A stretch of DNA of 63,797 nucleotides from Girardia tigrina (Eukaryota): positions 1 through 63,797 of the forward strand of contig MQRK01229959.1 in assembly GCA_001938485.1 (NCBI GenBank), read 5' to 3'. A program made the translations under genes and the position numbers. Under the pieces are notes generated by a model. That model searched no databases. It was given only the letters and a program-made list of their open reading frames with translations, and had not been told where the DNA came from. Below are positions 38,130-52,950 of this stretch, piece after piece; within the stretch, counting starts at the first letter, position 1, and each line of letters opens with the position of its first letter.

Positions 38130-39375
38130 AAAAAAATCAACGTTGGACATGTTTTGATTACAATCTTTGATCATTTTCCTTTGTCGAATTCTAAATGTAT
38201 GGTATCCTTTGATGTTGAGAGTCTATTCACGAATGTACCCATTAATGAAACTATTCGACTGGCTGTAGATTTATGGGAAAGAAAATCAGTTCCCTAGAAC
38301 AAGTAACTTATGCATAAAAAGTATTATTTGAACTACTGATGTTTATTACAAAAATGTTTCATTTCTCTTCAATGAGAAATAGAGTTCAACCCTTGCTCCA
38401 ACATCGGCATCTATTTTCATGAAGTTTATTGAAAGTCAAATGGATTCATGTACTTTTGAAAGACTTTCTGTGTATATAAATTAAGTGAATGCTATTTTCC
38501 AGGTTTTCCAAGACAAAGTACTCACAGAACCAATTCTAAACTTAATAAATATTATTCATGATACTATAAACTTCACAACAGAATTCGAAATCAATAATAT
38601 TCTTTCATTTTTAGATTTTCCTGTTAAAAAAATGTATGGTAAATATGAAACACATTGGTACAGAAAGGTAACAGATCTAGGACTTTATACAACATCAAAC
38701 ATTTACTGGCAAGAGAGATATAAAGATAATATGATCTATAGTTTATTTCACAGAATATTGTGTCTTTCTGCAACATTTGAAAGTGCATGCAATGGACTTG
38801 CGATTCTTAGGAAACGTAGACATAATAGCATATAATAGAATAAACAAATATAAAAAATATTAAATTGATGATAGATAGAATCCATGCTAAGAAACCGGAG
38901 AAGAAGGATGAAGAAAATGCGTCAAAAGTTAAAATAAATCCTTATTCTGAGTCTTTCCGAAGATTTAAGAATAATATTTATAAAAATATCGATGATGTTT
39001 TAATAGCGTCAGTAAAATCTAAAGTAAAAAATTACCTTCCACTAAAACCAAAACTGACAAATTAGTCAAAACTAATCTTCTGTACCAATTCAATTATCTT
39101 GGGTGTAAAAACTCATGCTCATGGAACGACAAATCGTCATCTCAAAACAATGATTGGTGAACTCTCACATTCAAGTAGATTGAGTAAGGTTCTTGGTCGC
39201 TGTAAATGTTGCAAAAATAGAAGTTCATCAATATCAAAATAGGAATTTTCTATTATTCAGAAGAATTTTAATTCACATTATCTGAAATCGTATTGTGAAT
39301 AATTGTCAATAAGACACTCTAACCAATTGATTAATATAAAAAATGGGAAAAGTAAAGTAGCCTCAATATTAAATA
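38130..39375 (+). mobile_element. Decayed Penelope-like retroelement (RT plus GIY-YIG)
   Basis: MVSFDVESLFTNVPINETI, INFTTEFE...LSFLD, WYRKVTDLGLY, then a degenerate GIY-YIG region (GTTNRHLK...). Confidence 0.85.
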
Positions 39376-40559
39376 TCAATTTATAAAATAATAAAAAATT
39401 GAATAAACTATTGACCTATAAAAATGAACTTTAATACTTATTTTAATCATTTTTTTCCATATACATATGTATATTATAAATAAAATTAAATGCATGATTA
39501 AAACAATAAACAATAATAATAAAAGAAGATAAATTACAACAAAAATAAAGTAGCTGAAGATAATCAAAGATTGTAATTGAAATATTTCCAACATTGACTT
39601 TTTAAAAATGCTTTAACAAATATTTATTCTAAACATTTCAAATTATTGATCACTAGACTATATATATTATATATATAAGTCCTATTAAACTATAAATATT
39701 ATATACGTTTTTATATATTTTCCATCGTCCACAGCGATAAATAATTGTTTCAATAAAATTAAACAAAAAAATCTAAATCAATAAATAATAGTATTAAATT
39801 ATATCATTGGAAATAAGTTGTAGATAAATTATTTATTTTATTAAAGATTAGAAGTATAGGGCAGTTGAGCTTTGTCATATTTGGATGTTAATAATGGTTT
39901 CAAGTGTCTTATGAATAATGATTCACATAACTGCCGCTCGTAATGAGAATCAAAACCTTTTGTAGAACAGAAAATTTCTATTGTGCAATTGAAGAGATTA
40001 TTTTCTTATATTCCATTCAGTGATAAAGAAATTTTTCTCGATTGACTCGTTTGTGAGTGTTTAATTATCCATCTTTTGAGAAGATAAATGGTCTCTCTAA
40101 CGTTATCTTCCAGACCCGTTATAGGTATTGAACCAAAGGCTCTTACAGTAGTTTGAGTAGTTGTTAAAGCATTGATATCACAATACTCAATCCAGTTCAC
40201 GTACATTTACTCACACAGCTTTACAGAACACCACTGATGTCCTACTCATTAATAAAGATCTGACTTTTCCGGAACTCTAACCTGACTAATTCAGGACGGT
40301 ACTTCAATAAGAGGCTACGTTTACAGACACTTTAGCCTAAATACAAAATTTCCTTTAATTCAGTTTCACAAATATATAATTGAGTATTTTTATTTTACCC
40401 ATTTAGATTTTTACTTTCTAATTTTTCGACGCAAATAATAATTACTGATGATGGGAAAGGACATCAAAACATGAAATATCAAATTCAAAATAATAAGTTG
40501 TTGAAGATGATCAAATATGTTCAAAGATAATCTTTTAAAAAGTGCTTTAAACAAATATC

Positions 40560-40561
<2 letters not shown>

Positions 40562-40604
<43 letters not shown>
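40562..40604. repeat. (TA)n microsatellite
   Basis: Direct reading. Confidence 0.95.
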
Positions 40605-40605
<1 letters not shown>

Positions 40606-43600
40606 TGAAATTTAAAAATCACAATAAAATATGCAAGACGTGATTAAATCGAAGTTTTAAACCAATTTCATTAAAATAAAATTTACTGCAGACTTTTTTT
40701 AACAATTATTTAAAAGTTGAGTAAATTCATCTTCAAAGTTTAGAGCCCAACAAAGTAGTATCCCACTGGGGGTACGTGCAATTGAGCAATTATTTGAAAC
40801 AAATTTCAGAGTTAAAAAACTATTATAATTTATTGTCTTTCAAATACAATTCTGAAAAATCTTTTATTTAATAAAGTTATTTTATTACAAAAACTTTCTT
40901 CTTTTATTTTGTAAAAATTAATTGGAAAAATTTCAATTGCATTTTCTGAAAAAATCAATTGTGTTCATTATCAAACTATTATATTATTGATAATATTATT
41001 AAATTATTAATAATATTTAAGAAACATCGAAATAATTTCTAAAAGTATTTTACTTTAATTGTTTTGTTAATATGAAATTAATAATATTAAAAGTACAAAT
41101 GAATAATTATTAAAGAAACAATATTTAGCATTTTGAAATATGTATATATTGTTGAGTTTTGTGAACGATAATTTAAAATTTTTGAAAAATAATTTTGTTA
41201 AAGCTTTTTGAAGCAATTATACATGTTTCGGAAGACAATAAAATTAATGCGAGTCTTAGTGCTAGTCTCTGGAATTATCCGTGATTTTTTCAGCCCATAT
41301 TAAAAAGACAATGATAGATTACTTTTAGCTCTCTGCGAGTTTGTTTTATTCCGAAAATGGAGAAGAGTCCTATGGGTGATCTACAGAGATGATGTTAAAA
41401 CGATAGAATGTGAAACGATATGGTAAATGAGGATTTTGACTTTTATGACCCTTAAAGAAGTTTTGAACCATAAAAATGTAATAAATAGGACAAAATCAAA
41501 AAATAGGGATGTTCAACTTTGTGTTACCTTAATTTGCAAATCTATTGAACATACTTCGTATCCGGAGAACATAAGATAAGTCAAAATTCGCAATTCGGCT
41601 GACAAATTATGATAAAGTCAGTCGTAGCGAACATTGATGGGGCCATCCATCCATGGGGTGGTCTGTTATTGTTAAAAAATATGTTTATATTATAAAGATA
41701 AATTGTTTAATTTGGTGAGAATCGTTTAAATGTTTTACAAAAAGTTTTATGTTTTGTCGATTGATTCAGTAATTTATTATTTTAAGTTCTTAGATTAATT
41801 TTATCAAGAAAATAATTTTCCAACAAACGAATATTGAAACGACTTTTTTTAAATAGGATATTGCCATTTGAAACATTGAAAATTTATTGAGATTTTTTTT
41901 AATATAAATTAAAAAAAACTTTTGTTGTATAAAATTCATCGGAACCAAACCGACTTACGAACATTCGATTGGAATTTGATTGTTAAATTTGTCCGTATGA
42001 TCGATTTTATGAAAGTACCGAAATTGTTCGGATACTTTTTAATATTGATGAATTTATTGAGTCGAATAGTATTTTTATCGAATCGAGCAATATGCATTTT
42101 GGCTAAATTTGAATTTATTAAATCGCACATTTTTTTTGTTTTTGAATCTATTTTAAAAATCAAAAATTATTTTAAACGAAATTTTAAAATAAACCAAGAT
42201 AAGAAGTGAATTAAACACATGATCAGTCTGAATAAGAATATTAACAAATGAGACCAGCGCGAAAAGTTCGAGTCTCAAATAATCCGACACTGCGTCTGTG
42301 CTACCACTGTCCGGTCTTTGGAGCAACCTGGCGATCGGTTGTAAATGCAAATATGATACAAATGAAAACCATAACTTCATTGAAAATGCCATTTTTATGG
42401 TGTTATGTTATAGAGACGAATTTATTTCAGTCCAAATGGAAATTAAGTTTCAAACATAACACTCAACATGTCATAATCATTTACTAAAAATCCCAAAAGC
42501 ATGCAACAAACCCACGGCATTTGGAACATCAAGTTTGAACCAGATCACAATCAATCTTAGTCATCTGTACAAAATTATATGCTGCTTAATTGCTTTTAAG
42601 ACAATATTTCTTTACTCGGCTACGAAAACCTAGATCCGAAGAATTCCAACTTTCGGGATCCATAATTACTAATGTTTCGGAATTCTTAAATTGAAATTTT
42701 TATTATATTCAGTATTTTTATTTATACCTCGAAGTGGTCCTTCCCACCTTTGCTCTAAAGACAATCGTTCATTTTATCATTTGAAAATTTTATAGTTTTT
42801 TTATATCTGAATGATAATTGCTGATTTTTTAGGTTTGCTAACACACGCATATATATAATATGTATATAGAAGCGTTAATTAAATTATTAATTATAAAAAA
42901 TAAATTAAATTTAACAATCTAAATTAAAACATAAGTTAAAACCTTTAAACTTTTGGAGTATTATTCATTTTTTCAACAATAGTTTTCCCTATGACTCAAT
43001 CAACAATCGATTAATTCGTGAATTGGCACTAGGGTTTGTGCCTCAATTGAAGAGAACTGCAGAATGAATGGCTCGCTCCGATTGGTTAAACAATCAGATC
43101 AAGTGTACAAAACGTTTATGATTTTGAATCACAAAAATATTTATTTTCGAATTTCCGAACGATCAGAATATTGATTTCTTCTCGATTCTTTGATCAACAA
43201 TATTTACAATTTGGATTTTTCCAACAAAGTTTTATTGAATAGATTGAATATTATTCGAAATCTTAACGAATTTATTGATCAAAAATTTAGCGAGGCCTTG
43301 TTTGATGATTCAAAGAAGTTATAACGAATTTACTGAGCAAATTTTATGAAAGTTCGTATCTTACGTTTCACTGAATTTGTATATGAATCGAGTTTGTTAA
43401 AAATTAACGAAATTTGATGTCGAAGCTATAAACGAATTTAAATGATAAATTTAATCTAGTTTAGAAATGAAACTTGTAAACGATATATTTTTTTGAACGA
43501 TTTTATCTTTTTTGTGAGCATTGCAACAATTAAATTTAGTCAATTTGCAAAATGTACTTTGTGCACAGTTAATATTTTGAAACTGAAATGTATTTTTTGC

Positions 43601-46600
43601 AATTTAATTATCTTTAAAGAATTTGATCTACGATTGTTTTACAAAAAAATGATTAAAATATCTCGATGAAAGAAAAACTATTTTCCACTAAAGGTTTGCT
43701 CAGTACAAAATTCACGAGCTCCACTGCGTCTCTGCTACGACCGCCGGACAACTAAAGATCGGATGGAATAACTAATGAATTAATTAAGAGACAATTTGGA
43801 ACAACATTATTTGCTAAGTGTATAGGTAGAGCATGAAATGGTTAATACATACTTGTAGTGCTCGAGAAAACACAGAAAGAAAAAAATTAAAAGAAATATC
43901 ATTAAAAATTAACTGCTGTTTCATTAAATCAACACAATTAAAAATTGGTGTCAACTTTTTGAATTGAAATAACGTTTTTGACATAAAATTGAGAACGTAA
44001 AACACGTGGCCTGCAAAATCCGCACCACTGGTGGAACCGATCCGACCGACTGCAATACGGGCACCTATCAACTGGTGGTGCAATATCGGCATTCGGTCTT
44101 ATTTCGATGAGACCGCCCAATGTTGCGAGAGTGGATAGTGACCGCCCCACGTTCGGCGGTACACACCGACCCAAAGTAACCCGTCAACCGGCTGGTACTT
44201 GACATACGGGGTTCACGACCGACAGTGAAGTGATCGGCTGTTCTTTCCCGCCGGTGAAACTCTGCACGAATAAGGGGTGTCGGCCGTCACAACTCAATCC
44301 GATGGCCGTCACATCAGTACTTTTATTAAATGAGACAATTTAGACGTTTTAAAAGAAAATATTGTAAAATTTGCACAGAAGAATAAAAAATTAGTTTAAA
44401 TTGCATTTACATTTTATAAAAAAAAGTTTAAAATCGCTATGAAGATTTAATTAATATATAAATGAAGCAATTGATCATAAAATTTTAAACTTGTTAATTC
44501 AGGTAATCAAAGATAAAAAGTAAAAATCTTTTTCATTTAATTTTAACTAAATCGGTTCTTTTTTTCTATACTTTGCAGTATTAGAAAAATAACAATAAGA
44601 AAAGTACCTATTTATTTAAATCTTTAATTTTATAAAGTGATTGAAAAAAATTAAACAAAAAATTTTGTAGAATGAGACATATTAATATTTGTTTTTCTGA
44701 GTTATTGAAATGTGTATTTTAATATTCATTTTTTTGTGTGATGTTCAAATTGAATTGATTTTAATAAATTTGGAATAAATATATATTTTCCGTCGTTCGA
44801 AGTACAAATTTATTTTATGAGGTAAAAATATAAACCTAAGAAAAATATAAATAATTTTTAAATATTGATTTATCGTTAAACAAATTCCAAACAATCAATT
44901 AGTCTTCAGTGCAATTTTATTTTTTTGATTAATCATTTCCAAAAATAAAATATTGGTTATAGTTTATTTTATAATTTAGATAATATAAACAAACCAAATA
45001 CTTATTAAAAGAACCCTCGAAAATTTAAACGGCCATTCTCAAATGGCACCGCTTTTTGCCAATCAAAATATAAAATGGGAAAATAATTTTGCTGTATAAA
45101 TAAATAATATTTTCAAATAAAAACATTTTATTTTATTAAATTATTAATACATTATCGATATTTTTGCAAAATATATTTAAATCATGTTTCGATTTAAACA
45201 AATTAAATTAATGAGTTCATTGAGATAAGATCAGTCGATCTCGTTTGTAAAAAATTATTTTTTTTGTAAATCGATTGATTAAAAAATATTATTTGTTCTT
45301 ATTTTCGTGAATATTTTTTTGAAAAAAAATAAATCTTTATTTATTTTTTTTCTCAAAAAAAATAAATTAAAAATTCAATATATAAATATTTCGTAATTTA
45401 TATTTTTTTAAATTTAAAATTTAATTTATAGAAAAAGAAAAATAAATCTGTCCATTTGTATTAAAAGAAATAAAGAAGAATATATAATTTTTTAATCCTT
45501 GTTTGTGCTTCCAATATTTTCAAACTTGTCTAATAAAGTACACTTTTTAATTAGGAATATAAATTTTTTGAAAATAAAATTATATTAACCGTTCAAATAC
45601 ATTGCGAATTCCTTAATAAAGTAATGGGAAAAATAGACGGTTTCTGACTGTCTCTAACATTTTTCAAAGGAGCGTAAAGATTCGTAAAAATGTTTCTTAA
45701 AACAGCACAAATAGGAATAAAATACTTTAAAATAATTTGTAAAACTTTTCCCTTAATCACTTTTTCTTCATTAAACTGAAAATGTCATATTGGCAAAACG
45801 CATTTGTTTTTTAAATAAATTTGAAAATAAAAAATGGCTTTTATTTTCATTAGTTATATAAAAATATACAATAATTAATATCAATGACCGAATATTTTAT
45901 TATACAGATTGTCAACAATTTCAAAATTTGTACACAGAACACACAGTTCAATCAGATTGCCATTTGGTCAAGCATTTCACTCGAATTGCATCTATGAGAT
46001 TTTGGATTGTTTTTGGTATTGATGGGCTACAATTGAGTGAATTGCATCGATTGTGAGAATTTTCATCTCAAAGATCAGCTTTTGTTAGGCTGACAAATGT
46101 TATCATTATCATATGTCTCAATAAGCTTGTAAAGTACGGAACTATAGAGTAAACATATCGTTTTCTCAAACGGTAATTGATAGCTGCCAATGGTTGGTTT
46201 GAGAGAATGGAATTCAACGCGTTTAATTTATTTTGCTTAACTTTTCTTTAAATTTAATAAATTCATTTTAATCCAATGATTTATTGGTAAAATGTTTTTT
46301 AATTATTGTATAGACTAATATAATGTATTAGTTTAATATATGATGTTGAGTGACCTGATGATGCGATTATTATCTCAAACGCGTCGTCTTTTTTATCACT
46401 TGTAAATAGATTTGAACATAAAAGTTTCTTCTTTTAATCCTTTATACATATATATGTTATTGAAACGAGTAGCCTTAATCAAATGGTACACAAATATAAG
46501 AAATTATATTGCAAATTGTAAAAGAAAAACATGGATTTATTTCACAAATGATAACGCCGTAATGGCGAAACATGTTTCGTACATTAAAAAACTATTCAAA

Positions 46601-46805
46601 TTACTTGTTTTCTTTGTTATATATATATATATATATATATATATTTCAAAATAATTTATAATTTAAATTAAAAAATAATTTTAATTATTTAAAAACATAT
46701 TTTAAATATATTATTTATGATATATTAATTTAATTTTAAAATAAATTTAAATTTTAAAATTGAATAAACAATCCGACGTTTTAAAATATTTTAAATATAA
46801 TTCTT

Positions 46806-46872
46806 CCATCTGGGTGGGTGAACACAATCCTAAAATAACATACAATAAGCACCATTCAAAAATATGCTTCTC
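46806..46872 (-). other. Bipartite dispersed motif, copy 3 (short spacer)
   Basis: Reverse complement GAGAAGCATATTTTTGAATGG...GTATGTTATTTTAGGATTGTGTTCACCCACCCAGATGG. Confidence 0.7.
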
Positions 46873-46969
46873 CATCTTGAATTACGTTTTTAGCAAGACA
46901 ATAAAACTATGATAAAACTTTCTCTTCTTTTCTATTTCAGTTGGAAATGAGAGAAAATGTTTTATCTGC

Positions 46970-47070
46970 TGTGAGGAATATTTTAAATTGTTTGAATGTG
47001 TAAATGTATGAATGATAAATGTTGATTTAAGTATGTTGAATTTAGAATGGTGATTCTCCCACCCGGATGG
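46970..47070 (+). other. Bipartite dispersed motif, copy 4
   Basis: TGTGAGGAATATTTTAAATTG...GTATGTTGAATTTAGAATGGTGATTCTCCCACCCGGATGG. Confidence 0.8.
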
Positions 47071-48095
47071 AAATTGGTATTTTTTATTTAGATTTAAAGT
47101 GATAATTAAAATAATCATTTTATAAGTTCATATTTTTTAATTTAACAATTAAAATGAAGTTTAATATTTTTTAGTAAAATTTAAATTAAATGCATTTTTA
47201 ATAATTTGATGACATTTTTATTATTTTGGGATTTATTGAGAAATGGTAAAAAATAATATTTTTAATTAATGACTTTCTGAGAGTCATAGTGATTGCAATT
47301 AAAATTCAAACGAGACTTGTCTAAATGTTCTTAATATCTGCCATTATATTTAACAAGTTGTTAATATTTTTCGGTTAAAATTTCTCAAATTTAGAATAAA
47401 TTATTTTTATTTATCTGATGTCAAAGGGTTTATACATATGTATAATGTTTTCTAATATACAATTTAGAAAACCACATAATTTGTGACTTGAAAAAAAGCC
47501 AAAACGTAAATCTTATCAAATATGATTATAAAAAGAGAAAATTGACAATTTATGTGAAATGATCTTTCAGCAAAGAAAATTGAAAAAAGAAAAGTAAAGC
47601 AAAATAATAAAAGTCTATTAATTATAAAAGAAAAAACTTAAAAAGGACTTACTATAATGATTCTCTGTTATATTGTTACTGATTGTATTTATGGATAATT
47701 TATAAAAAAAACAATCTTTTTCAATTTTCGTTTCTTCATTCAATAGGAAAACTCAATAATAATTACCATCATTAAGTTATTGTGACCGTACAAATTCCTT
47801 CAACGAGATAACCCTGTTTGGACACTCTTTTTTCAATGGACTCTCAAATGTCCACCACTGAAAATTGTGGCAAATTATTTGTAAGAAAATAATTGATGAT
47901 CTTCAATGGGAACAAAAAGAATTTTTAAAATTTGCGATTCTGTGAGGCGGATCTTTATAGTTTAAAATAAGATTAATTTTGTACCGTATAAAAATGCATT
48001 ACAAAGACTTTCGAATAAATATTGTAAGGTTACGTATTACTATTACAATTAGAATCATTTTTACGACAATGCTCAACAGTACTGTTTCATTATTC

Positions 48096-48584
48096 ATGTG
48101 ACCCGACAAATGCGCGCACCGACAAAGGCGCTAAAAGGGGATTGCATAATTTTATTAATTGTTTTTGAAATTTTTTATTATTAATTCATTAATGCTAAAA
48201 ATATTTTTAAAGTATAAATTTAATAAATAATTTTGAAAATAGTTCACTTGAGGGTTGGTATAATGTATATCAGTTATCTGTTATTTGTCGGCATGCTACC
48301 ATTTACACATGGGTCGATCATTTCCGTAGTGAACATGATTTGACACTGCAAACTATAAGTCGTACATTTAGTGGAATTTAGATTGTGTCTTTTGGATAAT
48401 AGTTAAATTGATAATAAATTTGTTTTTCTATCTTTTGGACCATTCTATTAAATTTATATTTCAAAAATTATTTTTAGTATTAATGAATTAATAATAAAAA
48501 TATGTCAAAACATTTATGCTATCCCCTTTTAGTGCATATATCGGTACGTGTTTTTGTCGGTGCGCGCATTTGTCGCGGCTACCC
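48096..48584. mobile_element. Non-autonomous long-TIR element (MULE-like MITE)
   Basis: Inverted CGACAAATGCGCGCACCGACAAA and TAAAAGGGGAT blocks, with imperfect inverted arms extending >100 bp; TSD not resolved. Confidence 0.7.
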
Positions 48585-49119
48585 TCTCTCGGTTAATATT
48601 TGTAATGATTAATAGAACAAATTTCAATTAATAAAACAAACTTAAAAAAAATTAATAACAAAATCACATAATAAATTCCAAATTAAATTGACTAAATGAA
48701 TTTTGTTTTACAAAAAAATAATAAATAATTAAATTAAATCATTTAACCTCATTCAATTTTATTAAGAACACCAATTTGATTTTTTATATTTTTATTTAAA
48801 CAACAATTTTGATTGTCCTCAAGACAATTTTTGTCAAAACTTTCGTACATTTGCATTCAAAGCGAAATTGATTAATGGTTTTTTAATTCTCATTATTTTT
48901 TTAGAAAATGGGGAAATAAATATTTAAATAAAATTTCACTCAAAACTTATTGGATAATAATTAAAATGATAATTAGTTATTTAAAAAATATTAATTTGAT
49001 TTATTTATTAAATATTATAAAAATTAATTAACTTATTTAAAATTTTAAAATTATTTGAAATTAAAAATAAATGTAAACATTTCGTATTTTCAGATAATAA
49101 GAATTAAAATATTAATCAT

Positions 49120-49201
49120 CCATCTGGGTAGCAGAGACACATTTCCAAATCAACATACACATTCGAACACAAAACATCAAACATTCAAAATATTCCTCAC
49201 A
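49120..49201 (-). other. Bipartite dispersed motif, copy 5
   Basis: Reverse complement TGTGAGGAATATTTTGAATG...GTATGTTGATTTGGAAATGTGTCTCTGCTACCCAGATGG. Confidence 0.8.
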
Positions 49202-50410
49202 AATTTAATTAATAAAATTAGAGATAATAAAAAAATAACAATTAAACTCCCATATTATTATTTACAATAATTTAAAATTTAAATAATTAAAATTCAAAAA
49301 ATAATAAATGAAAAAATTAATTTTTTAGAAGATTGATGTTTGTTTTAATCGAGAAAAAGTTTTGAAAAAAATGATAATCGTCAAGCACGAAATATGAATG
49401 TGAGGAAAAATAAAATCTGTCTCGGTGGAAGGTCTTTTCGTATTACAAACTTAATGTCGTTTAATAACGGACTGTAGTCGGTTGTTGATAAGTTTTGAAG
49501 AAACTCATTACCGTCGTCAGTTTTTATCATTCAGAGGATCTCGTTGGCATTATAGAAAGATTTTACAACCACTTCAATATTGTTCTTATAATTCATATAA
49601 ATGCACTCATAATATGTATCCACAAATATGTATTAGGTAGACTTCTGTTGGGTAACATAAGTCCGAGAATCATCCTAAAAACATTAAATAGAAGTAATAC
49701 TATTTTAATTGAGATTATTAAGAGGATTGGAACATTATTTTTCAAGACACTATTTATTAAAAATTCATTATAATTTCTTACGTTTACCTATTGTCATTTT
49801 GAGACAAAATAAAAGCGTGCTTAAATATTGTCATAAGGTCCTATTTGAAGATGCTTAGCAAAAGAATTGAGAGTGAAGCTTGAATATTTATTTTCAAATC
49901 AATTAATCTAATTAATAAATTCTCAAACAAGTGACTTAATTCTAAAAACAATTACATAAATTTTTTAAATTATTTTCTTTTATTTTTATGTTAAAATTTA
50001 TTTGATTACAAAGATAGCAGAAAGTCGTCCCGAAGTCTGTGGCTTTACATCCATTTTAGTTTAACTTGTGATCATTCATAGAGCTGTTCCCGGATACGTA
50101 CAGCATGAAAATTAATTTTCCCTATGTACAGACATTCCAACTGTACTTAACATCAATGCGAAAATCCCATTAGAAAAAATACAGGTTCCTGAATATACTT
50201 AAAAGTAAGAAATTGAATAATTGAACAACATCCTCTGAAAAGCAAAATGAGAGCCATAAAAAGGCGTTCCAGATTTCCGGAATAATAATTTTATACATAT
50301 TTAATAAAAATTAAATATATGTGTGTGTGTGTTACAAATAATGTTTATTATATCACTAATTATTTTATAATTATGTGATATATAATTATAATAAAAAATT
50401 GTATCGTTAA

Positions 50411-51609
50411 CCCTTAATTACTCGCGTGGGGTATACTTAACCCCACGGCGGATTTGAAGCTTTGTATCTTTGCTATTCTTAAAGCTATATTCATGTCATT
50501 CTTAGTACCTGCCTAAATACCTACCCCGCCGCGAATCAGTCACTAGCGCCGCTCCGTGTCATGTGGTTGTGTCAGGAGATCACGTCTGGGGTATATATTG
50601 CCCCACGCGAGTATTAGTGCAACTTTTTTTGGATGAGTGAGTATTTTCATTATTTTTTCATTATGAAAATCATTAAAAAAATCATTATTAAAGGTAAGGT
50701 AAAGCGCAAGTTTGGTAAAGCGCATGTCAGAACCCATTTGGGGTACTAGTCGAAACGTTACGATGGACAACTGGTTCACTAGCGTTCCTCTTCCAAATAC
50801 GCTTCTAAAAGATCACCAGCTGACTATGGTTGGAACTATTCGCAAGAATAAGCTGGAAATTCCAACTTGCTTTCAGCCCAAACGAACACGAGCTAAGCAT
50901 TCCAGTCTGTTTNNNNNNNNNNNNNNNNNNNNNNNNNNNNNNNNNNNNNNNNNNNNNNNNNNGGTGGTGTAGATACCAACGACCAAATGTGTGCTAACTA
51001 TAATGTTGGAAGACGTACAAAGCGATGGCCTATGGTTATATTTTATCACCTTCTCAACGTCACTGGTATCAATGCTTATGTGATTTATAAAAATAAAATT
51101 GACAGCGGAATATCCAGAAGGGAGTTTTTGAAGCATCTTGCAGTTGATTTGGTAAAGGCTCACCAACAAACTCGATCGACTGTGCCACAACTGCCCAGGG
51201 CCATACAACAACGGCTAAAAAGAAATGCTCAAGTTCAGGACCCTGGCCCCCCTTCTAGAGGTGGTCCATCGACAAGTTATAAAAGATGCCTATCTGCCAA
51301 AGATCAAAGGATAAAAAATAAGATTTATTTGTGCCAAATGCCACCAGCAAGTCTGTCACGACCATTCTACTATGATATGTGATAAGTGTATTGATTAAAG
51401 TGTTCTTAAATTAAAAATTTCATATCTTTAAAAGTTTAATACAATGTTGATTATGGATACTATTAAAATTTAGAACAATGTCGTTTTTCTAATTTTTGTT
51501 ATAAAAATAAAAGTATGTCATTAATATGTTTTATTGTACCTTTAAAATTGGGGTTATATATTCCCCACGCGAGCGTAAGTGTAACTATATGGACGCGAGT
51601 AATTAAGGG
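50411..51609 (+). mobile_element. Internally deleted piggyBac transposon
   Basis: TTAA TSDs; perfect 17-bp TIR CCCTTAATTACTCGCGT; transposase motifs VTMDNWFTS, VGTIRKNK, GGVD, RWPM; internal GGGG..CCCCACG repeats. Confidence 0.95.
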
Positions 51610-52950
51610 TTAATAAAATAATATCCATTTAATTATAAATTAAAGCAAGCTCAAAGTTCTAAACTCACGTTTTATTTTATTAATCAATTATTATTATTTT
51701 TAACTATTTTATTTTAAATTTTAATAATTAACTTCAACATTTAAATATTGCATTTCCTGAAAATGATTTCAATTATAAATATGAAAGTAAATTTAATTAT
51801 ATTTTCTTTATTTTAAAAAGGAAAAACGTTTTACAAATTAATAAATGATGTTTTTTTCAGAAACATTTTATATATTTAAATAACTTCTTTTTATGTTTTT
51901 CTAACATCAATTTATTGTATTTTTTATTTTTATTTTAATTTTAAAAAAATGTCTTTTTATTGTTATATAATTGATGTAATTAATTTCATTATTTATAAAG
52001 ACTGGATAATAAAATTTAAATATTAAAAGCAGAATGACTTGAAAAATAATAGGCATTATTAATAAAGAATATTCCACATTGAAACAGTATTATTTTTTTT
52101 CAATTTTGTATTTTAACCTTTTCTAATCCGTAATAATTCTTATAATGGGGTTAAAAATTTTATTAAAAATAAAATATTCCTTTTGTAATATTGAGAATGC
52201 CTTATTTTTTGCTGCATCTGTTATTGAGAAGCGTACTCCACGTTCTCAAATCCAAAGCTATAACAATTATTAATATATAAACCGCATCCCTACTCTTTTC
52301 ACGAAAAGAAAACTTATTACAATATGGGTCTGTCAATGTTTATCACATTTTTAATGCTCCTTCCTTTTCAGACATACTTTAATTTGTTTTTAATTAATTT
52401 AATTATTTAATTATTTATTAATTATTTTTAAATTTATATAATTTAATTATTTATCTATATTTATTATTTTGGTCAGACGACTTGAGGTAACCAATAAATG
52501 AATGGTTCTCCAGTCGGGACTGCCTAATACATGTATATACGTATTTATAAATATAATTAAATTTAATATATATATACATGAATATATATACATGAATAAG
52601 AATACGGGTAAATAAATATATATGTAAAAGTAAAAATAAATCACCCATTGTCATTTATCCATCAAATAAAATGTAATGGTTATTTCACTTACAAACTTGT
52701 TTCGAGGAAAAGTTGAATTTACAAAGAGAAATTCTTTTGTGTATGAGTATTCTTAATCATTCTATCCATGTTTTAAAACCAAAATAATTCTAATACGTAT
52801 CGAAACTATTCTTTGTTTTAATGATTTTCTATTTACAGACTTTATTAATACATGAATGTGGTATAACGTATCCAGCATCTCGGTCTCCTCAAAAATATTC
52901 GACGTTTTATTCGCATAGAATTCAAATTTAGTCAATAATCATTAATATTA

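Noticed and set aside
39961-40324. Possible solo LTR (TGTA...TACA, AATAAA)
   Set aside because: No target-site duplication and no second copy in the window.
40445-40475. CTGATGA followed by a weak stem, hammerhead-like
   Set aside because: No GAAA core or helix I; may be chance.
46806-47070. Reading CCAGATGG in the dispersed motif as a CTCF site or simple E-box
   Set aside because: Lacks the GGCGC tail of the CTCF consensus, and two copies break the CAGATG hexamer. Neither reading explains the other conserved blocks.
49380-50280. Very decayed Tc1/mariner-like traces (also ~61650-62420)
   Set aside because: Only faint partial motifs and no TIRs; too weak to annotate.
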